A stretch of 64,000 nucleotides of DNA from Candidatus Bathyarchaeia archaeon (GTDB lineage: Archaea; Thermoproteota; Bathyarchaeia; Bathyarchaeales; Bathycorpusculaceae). The notes below the pieces were generated by a model, which saw nothing but the letters and a program-made list of their open reading frames with translations, was not told where the DNA came from and did not search any database. Position 1 is the stretch's first letter, and each line of letters starts with the position of its first letter. The stretch covers positions 45,241-109,240 of the forward strand of contig JBEKTQ010000008.1 in assembly GCA_049515895.1 (NCBI GenBank), given 5' to 3'. A program made the position numbers and the translations under genes. Below are positions 51,987 through 60,495 of this stretch, piece after piece.

Positions 51987-53411
51987 ATGACCGAACCACC
52001 GAAAATAATTCTTTTTAACACTTTAACCCGCAGAAAAGAACCCTTCATGCCGTTGGAGACAGGCAAAGTGAAAATTTACACCTGCGGACCCACAGTTTAC
52101 GATTACGCGCATATCGGGAATTTTCGTGCTTTCCTTTTTGAGGATTTGCTGAAACGTTGGCTTATGCAGCGGGGTTTCAAGGTTACGCATGTGATGAACC
52201 TCACTGACGTGGATGACAAGACCATTAAGGGCAGCCAAAAGCAGGGCTTGCCGCTTAGGCAGTTCACAGGCTTTTACATCAAAGCTTTCTTTGAAGACCT
52301 CAAAGCCCTGAACATTCAGCCAGCTGACGTCTACCCACGAGCCACCGACAATATACCAGAAATGGTCACGTTAATCAAGACCCTAATAGTTAAAGGCTAC
52401 GCGTACCGAAGCGAAGACGCCTCAATCTACTACGCCATCAACAAGTTCCCAGACTATGGTAAGCTTTCAAAACTGAAATCTGTCGAACTTAGAGCCGGCG
52501 CACGAGTCAGTCAAGACGAATACGCAAAGGAAGAAGCGCAAGATTTCGCGTTATGGAAAGCCTGGACGCCTCAAGACGGTGACACCCACTGGGAAACAGA
52601 ACTTGGCAAAGGCAGACCCGGCTGGCATGTCGAATGCTCAGCGATGTCTATGAAATATCTTGGCGAAACCTTCGATATCCACTGCGGCGGCGTAGACAAC
52701 ATCTTCCCGCATCACGAGAACGAGATTGCGCAGAGCGAAGCGGCAACAGGCAAGAAGTTTGTCAACTATTGGCTGCACAACGAGCATTTGCAGGTTGAAG
52801 GCAAAAAAATGTCCAAAAGCTTCGGCAACTACTACACGCTCCGCGACCTTCTTGCCAAAGATTGCGACCCAATTGCGATTCATTTCTTGCTGATGTCTGT
52901 GCATTATCGGCAGCAGTTCAACTTCACCTTTGAAGCCTTGGAATCTGCGAAAAGCGCAGTGAGCAGGCTACGCAACTTTGTGCGACGACTACATGAGGTC
53001 GACGACGGCAAGGACAGCAAGGGGAAAGTCGCCACCCTATCCGAGAAGATGGAAGCCCGCTTTGGCCGCTCAATGGATGATGACCTCGACATCGGAACAG
53101 CGGTCGCGTCGCTGTTTGATTTCGTGCGGGAAATAAACAATCTGCTTGATGAGAACATGGTGAGTAAGCAGGAGGCATCGGACGTTGGCGGTCTAATGAT
53201 GCGGGTGGATGAGGTTTTAGGTGTCATAGGCAAAGTGGAAGGTGAAGAAGAGCTATCGACGGACATTGACGCCTTGGTGCAGAAGCGGGAACAAGCGCGG
53301 AAAGCGAAGAACTGGAAAGAATCCGACGCCATAAGAGCGCAACTGAAAGCAATGGGCATAATGCTTGAAGATACGGCTCAAGGCGTAAAGTGGCACAAAG
53401 AAAAAGCTTAA
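51987..53411 (+). CDS. cysS: Cysteine--tRNA ligase
   Basis: CGPTVY, HIGN, PGWHVEC, FPHHENE, KMSKS. Confidence 0.97.
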   Translation: MTEPPKIILFNTLTRRKEPFMPLETGKVKIYTCGPTVYDYAHIGNFRAFLFEDLLKRWLMQRGFKVTHVMNLTDVDDKTIKGSQKQGLPLRQFTGFYIKAFFEDLKALNIQPADVYPRATDNIPEMVTLIKTLIVKGYAYRSEDASIYYAINKFPDYGKLSKLKSVELRAGARVSQDEYAKEEAQDFALWKAWTPQDGDTHWETELGKGRPGWHVECSAMSMKYLGETFDIHCGGVDNIFPHHENEIAQSEAATGKKFVNYWLHNEHLQVEGKKMSKSFGNYYTLRDLLAKDCDPIAIHFLLMSVHYRQQFNFTFEALESAKSAVSRLRNFVRRLHEVDDGKDSKGKVATLSEKMEARFGRSMDDDLDIGTAVASLFDFVREINNLLDENMVSKQEASDVGGLMMRVDEVLGVIGKVEGEEELSTDIDALVQKREQARKAKNWKESDAIRAQLKAMGIMLEDTAQGVKWHKEKA

Positions 53412-53438
53412 CGTCCTGCCATGGAACCCTATGATGCT

Positions 53439-54596
53439 TCAGACGCCGTATTTACTTAAAATTTCTTTAAACGCATTAACGACTTTCTTCAAATCGTCTT
53501 CTTTCAGCATGAACGTCGACATCTTGAAGTTTTTCGTCAATCCAGGCTTAATGCCCACTATCCCCCTCTCTTTTAAATCAGAATGCAGGAAATAACCTCG
53601 TTTAGGATGAGTCTGCGAGATTTCAAAGAACTTAGCCGACTCAACAAACATCAGGTCATGATTATGCGGTTTTTCACCCAACTGCTTAAGCCCCAAATTT
53701 TCAATTTCGCCAGAGAACCATCTTGCTTTCTTGACTTCCTCTGGCCAATTCTTAACTCTTTCAGCTACATATGGAAAGCTAGCCATCAGAGTTATCAATG
53801 AAGCGCCTCTTGCGGTGCAACCTAAGAGCTCCACTTCTTTGACTTTGTAAAACTTAGACCGACGCAGGATTTTTCCTTCGTACTCCTTCTTCAATCCTAA
53901 GACGCCAACGGGTCCACAAGCCGACATGCTTTTGTGCCCGGAGCCAACAATGAAATCACAACCCAGTTCTCGCACCGAGATGGGCATTCTTCCGATGCCG
54001 TAGGCGGCGTTAACCAAAAATGGGATGCCATATTGATGCGAGATTTCAGCGACCCGTTTTGCGTCGACCAAGTTCCCGTAGGCGCCATCCGGGTACGTCA
54101 AGAGAGTTAGGGTTGGGAGTTTGCCTGTGTTTTTCTTGACTTCTTCTATTGCCTCAATGTATTTTTCAGGGTCAATCTTGAATTCAGGGTATCCGCTGTT
54201 AAGAACCTCCTGCACATTCAGATGGTTTCTTTCCAAGGCAACGTAAGTTGTGTAGTGCGCATTTTTGTCTATTACAACTGTGTCGCCGGGACTGCACATG
54301 GAATGCATAACCGTGTCGATTCCTTCCCTTGCGCCGTTTGTTACTCTTGCAATGTCAACTTCTAGAAATTTAGGTAAAATGCAATAAACGAAATCGTAAA
54401 TTGGCGGGTTCTTTATTTGATCGAGCCTTCCGCCGCAGAAGTCGCATACAGAGTAGCCGTCGCCCCAATTCTGCAGCGCCACTTTGGATTCTGGATAGAG
54501 TTTGCCGCCTGTCTGCAGTGGATCAACGTTGATAAAGCCTTCTCTTTCACGGCACAAATTCTTCAGTATAGAAGTGTCAAGAGATTCAGTAGTCAT
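53439..54596 (-). CDS. pscS: Sep-tRNA:Cys-tRNA synthase (SepCysS)
   Basis: INVDPLQTGG, GYSVCDFC, GAREG, SGHKS (PLP Lys), LLGCT. Confidence 0.95.
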   Translation of the reverse strand: MTTESLDTSILKNLCREREGFINVDPLQTGGKLYPESKVALQNWGDGYSVCDFCGGRLDQIKNPPIYDFVYCILPKFLEVDIARVTNGAREGIDTVMHSMCSPGDTVVIDKNAHYTTYVALERNHLNVQEVLNSGYPEFKIDPEKYIEAIEEVKKNTGKLPTLTLLTYPDGAYGNLVDAKRVAEISHQYGIPFLVNAAYGIGRMPISVRELGCDFIVGSGHKSMSACGPVGVLGLKKEYEGKILRRSKFYKVKEVELLGCTARGASLITLMASFPYVAERVKNWPEEVKKARWFSGEIENLGLKQLGEKPHNHDLMFVESAKFFEISQTHPKRGYFLHSDLKERGIVGIKPGLTKNFKMSTFMLKEDDLKKVVNAFKEILSKYGV

Positions 54597-54688
54597 ATAA
54601 TCATCATTAGCTAACTTGTTAGGAATGCTTTTATAATTATCTCCATTCATAGGTTTTTGAAGATTAGAGTAAAAACCTCTTAACTTAG

Positions 54689-56281
54689 TTGAGAATCAAA
54701 GTTGGGATTTGTTTGGTAAAATTTAATGTTCACAAAATCAAGAAGGATGCTGAACTGGACTACGAAAAGACCTGGCTAGAAACAGCCAACTTGCTGAAGC
54801 AGGAAGGACGCTACTTCAACCTGCAAAACAAAAGAAAAGAAAACGACCTAGTAAGCCTCATTTTCAAGGTGAGAAACACCCTTTTAGACATAGGCTTCAC
54901 TGAAGCCATCGTACCCGTCATAATTGAAAAAGGCGAAGTCTATCTTCAGTATGGTCCTGAAGCGCCAGTGATTTTGGACAGAATATTTTTCTTGGCTGGC
55001 CTCGACAGACCCGATATAGGTGTCAGCGAGAAGAGGATTGAAGAAATCAAAAAAATAGTTCCCAGCTTCAAAGATATAGAAAAGCTGCAAGGAATCTTCC
55101 GGAAATACAAGAAAGGCAAGATTGCCTCGGATGACTTAGTGGAAAGAATGGTTAACGAATTGAAGATTAAGGAGGAGCAGGCGACAAGGCTACTTAACGA
55201 GGTTTTTAAGGAACTGAAGGATCTGCAGCCTTTGCCTCTGAGCATGACGTTAAGGAGCCACACGACGGCGGGTTGGTTCGGTGTCTTGCAAGAGTACCAA
55301 AACAGGGAGCCTTTGCCGATACAGTTGTTCTCGATTGGACCGAAATATAGACGGGAGCAGAAGCTTGATGCAACCCACCTTTACGATTCACAAACTGCTT
55401 CGATTGTAATAATGGCTGACGAGTTCAGCGTGGAAGACGGACTCGAGGTCGTTAGGCAAATATTTGCGAAACTTGGATTTGAAAAAGTCAGCTTCACCAG
55501 AAAAACTGCAACATCCAAGTATTATGCCCCGCAGACAGAATACGAGATTTTCGTTAAGCACCCACACATGGAAAAAATGCTGGAAATAGGAGACGCTGGA
55601 TTCTACAGCCCAGTTCCCCTCAGCAAATACAAGATTACCCATCCCGTGTGGAACTTCGGCTTCGGGCTTGAAAGAATGCTTATGATCCTTTCTGGCGAAA
55701 ACGACATAAGAAAAGTCGTTTACCCATACATGTATCAGACCAAGATGTTCAGTTCTCAAGAAGTAGCCAACTCTATAAAAATGATAGATACCCCCAAATC
55801 GAACGAAGGCAAAAACCTAGCAAACCTCATTTACGAAACTGCAGTGAAACATGCGAATGATCCCACCCCAGCAAAAGTAACAGCTTTTGACGGGAAAATC
55901 ATGAACAAGAAACTGATAGTAAAAATAGTCAAGAATGAAGAGAAAAAACGGCTTCTCGGACCTGCGGCTCTCAACCCAATTGTGGTGAAAGATTCTAACA
56001 TCATCGGGGCAATGCCGAACAAAATTCCTGAGGACGCCCTAAAGACTCCTTACAGCTACATGATGGGACTGGCAAACAAGGCAGCCTACGAAATAGAGCA
56101 AGCCGCCGCAAAAGGCGAAAAGGAAGTCGTGGTGGAAGCAAAGATGATTCGAAGTCTGACGGATGTGAACATGGAGATTGACGACGCGATTAGAAGATTC
56201 CTGCGTTCAAACAAGAAGACGATAAACGTGATCGGGCCCATGTTCGTCTGGGTCACCGCAAAAATCGAAGACCACAATTAG
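54689..56281 (+). CDS. sepS: O-phosphoserine--tRNA(Cys) ligase (SepRS); start may be near 54713
   Basis: QYGPEA..ILDR.F.LAGL.RPD.G, LRSHTTAGWF, RREQ..D.THL, GLERM, L.GPA..N. Confidence 0.95.
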   Translation: MRIKVGICLVKFNVHKIKKDAELDYEKTWLETANLLKQEGRYFNLQNKRKENDLVSLIFKVRNTLLDIGFTEAIVPVIIEKGEVYLQYGPEAPVILDRIFFLAGLDRPDIGVSEKRIEEIKKIVPSFKDIEKLQGIFRKYKKGKIASDDLVERMVNELKIKEEQATRLLNEVFKELKDLQPLPLSMTLRSHTTAGWFGVLQEYQNREPLPIQLFSIGPKYRREQKLDATHLYDSQTASIVIMADEFSVEDGLEVVRQIFAKLGFEKVSFTRKTATSKYYAPQTEYEIFVKHPHMEKMLEIGDAGFYSPVPLSKYKITHPVWNFGFGLERMLMILSGENDIRKVVYPYMYQTKMFSSQEVANSIKMIDTPKSNEGKNLANLIYETAVKHANDPTPAKVTAFDGKIMNKKLIVKIVKNEEKKRLLGPAALNPIVVKDSNIIGAMPNKIPEDALKTPYSYMMGLANKAAYEIEQAAAKGEKEVVVEAKMIRSLTDVNMEIDDAIRRFLRSNKKTINVIGPMFVWVTAKIEDHN

Positions 56282-56448
56282 CCACATCTAAGCATATCCT
56301 AAACCTGATGCACCCAAGCTGCCGATTAGAGATATTTGGTATTAATCTTCTCTTATTCGTGCAGCGCTCTTTTTCGCTTCCAATGAACCTACGTCGTCCA
56401 AACTTGGGTTTGTAATGTTGTTGGAGTTATTAGGTCTTAATGAAGTTA

Positions 56449-57708
56449 TTATTGAGCGTTCAAGTTCTTAGGGTGCCCAAGTCTTTTTACATAAACCGAT
56501 ATTGCTACTGCAAACGCTATTACTAAACCAGCGATTAAGGCAATTACGTAGTTTTCCTCGAAAATAGGTTTTGGCGTGGCGGTGGGAGTGGGTGTAGATT
56601 GGGTTGTTGCGGGGGTTGATTGTGTGGGAGATGGTATCGGTGAAGTGGTTGATGTGGGGTTTGTTGGGTTTTGTGTTGGTGAAGCCGTGGGTGTTGCGTT
56701 GGGGGAAGCGGTCGGAAACGTTAATCCGTTGATTACTTTAACGAATGTGTCAAATGCTTGTTTCTGATTCCCATTATTGTCAAAAAGACCAAAATTAGAA
56801 TTTGGGATAGCCGTATAGTTATCGCTGAGTTCGTACCATATATAAGCCTTAACGCCTAAGCTTTGGAACAGGGTGTAGCTTTGTGCAAGGAAGGTTGATT
56901 GTTGGGTTTCTGTGGCGGCCCAGGTTGTGCTGTAGGATTCTTGCCCTATTTCTGTGACCCAGATAGGTTTGTTGCACAATTGATTGTACTGCTGCAGATT
57001 GCTGGTGAATAATGCTCCGGCTATTGCGGGGTAATATTGTCCGTAGGGGTAAGCGTGGACAGATATGGCGTCGCAAAATGATATGCCGCCTAATTGCACG
57101 ACTTGCTGCGCCCAAACGTATGCTTGCATAGCATATGTGTCGTTTAGAGTTGGGTTGTCACTTGTGTAAAGTGGCATGCCGCCCAAGCCAATTACGGTGT
57201 CTGATGAGGCAATGGCTTTTATGTCATTGTAGGCTACTTGAAGCATGCTAACGTATGCTTGTGCAGTTCCATTAAAGTAGCCCAAGTCGTTTTCGTAGTA
57301 GTTGGGTTCGTTCCATATTTCCCAAGTTTTAACGACACTTCCAAACGCAACTACTGCCTGTGTTACCGCGTTGCTCCAATCAGTTAACGTAAAAGTATTG
57401 CTGTAATTCATGAGATGCTGGTCGAGAACACCGAGCAACGAGAGATGATATTGCTGCGCTAAAGAGTAAACCGTTTGCCAATTGCTAATGTCAGAACCGT
57501 TAAACGTTACGTCGCAGCTGACCCAAGTAATGTTCGAGGCTGCCAGCGTTTGAGCTTCAGCAGGAGTCATTCCATGCGCTAACACCCCGCTAACCATAGG
57601 TGAGCCGCCAACAGTTTGCCCTAAACTAGTCGTCTGCTGCAATCCGTTTGCAATCAAAGAAGCAAAAAGCAAGAACAACAAAATGCGGGATAGCCTATTG
57701 ATCTTCAA
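56449..57708 (-). CDS. Membrane-anchored GH-A clan glycoside hydrolase (GH5/GH39-like) with P/T/S linker
   Basis: WEIWNEPN acid/base and PIWVTEIG nucleophile motifs; signal peptide; C-terminal TM. Confidence 0.82.
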   Translation of the reverse strand: MKINRLSRILLFLLFASLIANGLQQTTSLGQTVGGSPMVSGVLAHGMTPAEAQTLAASNITWVSCDVTFNGSDISNWQTVYSLAQQYHLSLLGVLDQHLMNYSNTFTLTDWSNAVTQAVVAFGSVVKTWEIWNEPNYYENDLGYFNGTAQAYVSMLQVAYNDIKAIASSDTVIGLGGMPLYTSDNPTLNDTYAMQAYVWAQQVVQLGGISFCDAISVHAYPYGQYYPAIAGALFTSNLQQYNQLCNKPIWVTEIGQESYSTTWAATETQQSTFLAQSYTLFQSLGVKAYIWYELSDNYTAIPNSNFGLFDNNGNQKQAFDTFVKVINGLTFPTASPNATPTASPTQNPTNPTSTTSPIPSPTQSTPATTQSTPTPTATPKPIFEENYVIALIAGLVIAFAVAISVYVKRLGHPKNLNAQ

Positions 57709-57801
57709 GTTGCATTTTCCTGCTAACTACTTTCGCGATAGGCTTAAAATGATTAACTGTAAAAACATTCGTGATAAGAGTGTCTCTCACAATTTCAGAT
57801 G

Positions 57802-58860
57802 TTAGCTCTTAATTTTTGGGAATATCATATGCATCATCCATTTATTTTTGAAAAGTGAAGTTCCTGATCCTGCCAGTTTTTTCACCAATGGATTCGTGAA
57901 GCTTTTAACGAAGTTGTCGTAGTCGTCGTCCTCTGCAGAATCAAAGAACTTTCTTAAGAGTCCGAAGAACTCAAAATCTGCAAGAACTTTTTTACGAAGC
58001 AGACAATCATAGTCAAGCTTCTCATTTATCGCCTTTGCACAAACCTTGGCTGATTGTATCGCCCATTTCAAGCCATAACCAAAAGCAGGTTCAGTAAAAG
58101 ACCCTGCGTTTCCAACGACATACAAATTATCTTTAGCGTAGGAAGAAAAATCGTACCAATTCTCAAAATCGCTCCATCCGCCCTGTAACTCCCATTTTTT
58201 TAACTGTGCAAGCTCTTTAAGCCGGTCTGCGTAGGTTTCCCGATTTATTGCCACGCCCGTTGAAGCCGATACTAATGAGGCTTCATGCTTTGAGAAAGGA
58301 ATGATATAAGAATAGCCGCGATAAGAAAAATAATTGTCAAACCATACTTCAACCAATTCAGGGTCAAAGTCTCCTTTTACGGTAAAACCAACCGCAACCC
58401 CAACTCGTTTTGGCTCTTTTGAAACAATAAGTCCCGCTTCTTTCGCAATTGTGGAACGGTAACCGTCAGCGGCGACAATAATCTGAAACTCATCTTGAAG
58501 CTGGATTTTGCTCTCTATTTTCGTAGAATAGTGAATTGGCAGCAGTTTCTCAATATTCTTTCTAGCTCTTGCATCGATGCCATTTGTTCCCCCAACTTCA
58601 TAAAAGAAACCTAGATTTCCTTTGACGGAAGCTGTGACATTAGGCGAATGTAGCTCAATTTTTTTCATAAAGCAGTCAGGTTCTATTTGTGGAATGTTTT
58701 GAAGCAGATTGATGCTTCCTTCCATCTGTCTCGGTCTCGTTGATTTATCTTTTGCTGACATCTCAAAAATCTCTACTTCGTTGCCAAGTTTGCGTAGCTC
58801 ACGAGCGCATGTGGTACCTGCAATTCCAGCCCCAACTACAGCAATTTTCGTTTTCTCCAC
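57802..58860 (-). CDS. FAD-dependent oxidoreductase (geranylgeranyl reductase-like)
   Basis: VVGAGIAG, AADG, GYSYIIP, VGNAG...G.G. Confidence 0.8.
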   Translation of the reverse strand: MEKTKIAVVGAGIAGTTCARELRKLGNEVEIFEMSAKDKSTRPRQMEGSINLLQNIPQIEPDCFMKKIELHSPNVTASVKGNLGFFYEVGGTNGIDARARKNIEKLLPIHYSTKIESKIQLQDEFQIIVAADGYRSTIAKEAGLIVSKEPKRVGVAVGFTVKGDFDPELVEVWFDNYFSYRGYSYIIPFSKHEASLVSASTGVAINRETYADRLKELAQLKKWELQGGWSDFENWYDFSSYAKDNLYVVGNAGSFTEPAFGYGLKWAIQSAKVCAKAINEKLDYDCLLRKKVLADFEFFGLLRKFFDSAEDDDYDNFVKSFTNPLVKKLAGSGTSLFKNKWMMHMIFPKIKS

Positions 58861-59151
58861 CCTTTTTTCTTAATATTTGGTGGAATTAAAATTTAATCTT
58901 TCTCTCTTTCTGTGCTGAAACTAATTGCTAACCGTAACTGCTTTTACTTTTACTATACTACTAACCCTTAAGCACCCACGCCCTCAACACAACACTATAC
59001 GACACAACACAACAACCCACACATTCCTTAATGTTTGTCAGTCTGTCTGTTTGTCTTTGTCTTTGTCTTAGCTAATTTAAAATGGAGCATATTTTTTCAC
59101 ACAAAACCTTGAAACAGAGATGCTATATAAACGGACGCAAAAGAGAGAGTG

Positions 59152-60210
59152 CTAAGATTTAAGCTTAAAATATCTTTTCTTTAAGCTGAAAAGGGCTAAA
59201 GGATACATCGTTTGTTGCAATAGAGTATAATCATGCATTGAATAGATATTCTCAATAAGTTGCGGAAAGTTGATCAAGACTGAATAGTCGTTTTTTGATA
59301 GAATATTTTCCCACAGCCATCGATTAATAACTCCAGCTCTTAACCGCTTTCCAAAACGCTCGTCCGCGATTTTTTCGTAATCCTTTTTACAAATAACGCT
59401 TTGAGCCGCAAGGTAGCCAGAAGCAAAGGCAAATCTCATCCCGAAGCCCAAAAGAAAGTCCTGTAGCCCTGCGGCTTCACCTACGTACAATGTAACTCCT
59501 TTCTTAACAGTCCTCAATGAAAAACTACCAATACCGCCCACTTCTCTAATGAGCTCTATTTGGAAGCCAATTTTCTTTAAAAAGAACTCTTTTGTTCTTT
59601 CAAAATACCAATTAATTCTTCGTACATCATCTCGCCTCACTACAGTGCACAAACAGCCATATCCTTTCATAACTAGGAGATAGGAATAACCTTTGAAAGC
59701 CAATTCATCATTAAACGCTAGAATTGCAGTATCTTTGATATCTGTTTTAAAAACTATTCCCTTAACCATCCCAACAGCTTCATCGACGATGGGACCAATC
59801 GCTACGATGTTTGCTTCATTTTGGGCAAGCCCTTCTTGGAAGTGAATGTTCACGCCTGATTTCAGCGCTTGCGCCTTTAGACTATAGTCAATTGTTCCAG
59901 AAAAGGAACCTCGTCTTAATAGGTAAAATATTGGTTTTTTCCAACGGACTTCGCTACCTTTAGAGCCATTTGTAAGAATTACGCTGTAGAAAGGGGTGTA
60001 GTCAAAATCTACGTCCACATTAATTTCTCTCAATTCTTCAATAATGTCTTTCTTATCAGACCAGTTCTCCAAGCCTTGAATATCGCCGTTAAACCTCATG
60101 CCTACATCTTTGTTCTTTTCATAAACCTCAACCGTATAACCCGATTTTGCGAGATTTATTGCAGCGGTCAGACCTGAAAGACCAGCGCCCAAAATTTTTA
60201 TCTTTTTCAT
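59152..60210 (-). CDS. FAD-dependent oxidoreductase (geranylgeranyl reductase-like), paralog
   Basis: ILGAGLSG, KGYSYL, VGEAAGLQD..GFGM. Confidence 0.8.
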   Translation of the reverse strand: MKKIKILGAGLSGLTAAINLAKSGYTVEVYEKNKDVGMRFNGDIQGLENWSDKKDIIEELREINVDVDFDYTPFYSVILTNGSKGSEVRWKKPIFYLLRRGSFSGTIDYSLKAQALKSGVNIHFQEGLAQNEANIVAIGPIVDEAVGMVKGIVFKTDIKDTAILAFNDELAFKGYSYLLVMKGYGCLCTVVRRDDVRRINWYFERTKEFFLKKIGFQIELIREVGGIGSFSLRTVKKGVTLYVGEAAGLQDFLLGFGMRFAFASGYLAAQSVICKKDYEKIADERFGKRLRAGVINRWLWENILSKNDYSVLINFPQLIENIYSMHDYTLLQQTMYPLALFSLKKRYFKLKS

Positions 60211-60495
60211 GACATTGTTATTAATTGAGCGACCCAGACTTGAATAGCTTTTGTATTACTCTCAGAGCAACAACGCGCTGCAAAATAGTTCTCACACAAA
60301 TACGCTTCAACACCTTAGACAATGAGGTTTATGTGCTTTCGATAAAGCCCAGAATCATTGGGTCAGCACATTGCTGAAGGTTAAATCCGCGAGAACCACA
60401 CTTTGCTTTACATTCTAGCTCCAGTTTACAAATTGCGAGCGTTTGCTTTTTGAAAGCTGAAAAAAGGGAAAGGGAAGGCTTTGTTGCTTCCTTTT

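Noticed and set aside
56570-56710. GT-rich repetitive DNA
   Set aside because: It encodes the Pro/Thr/Ser linker of the glycoside hydrolase.
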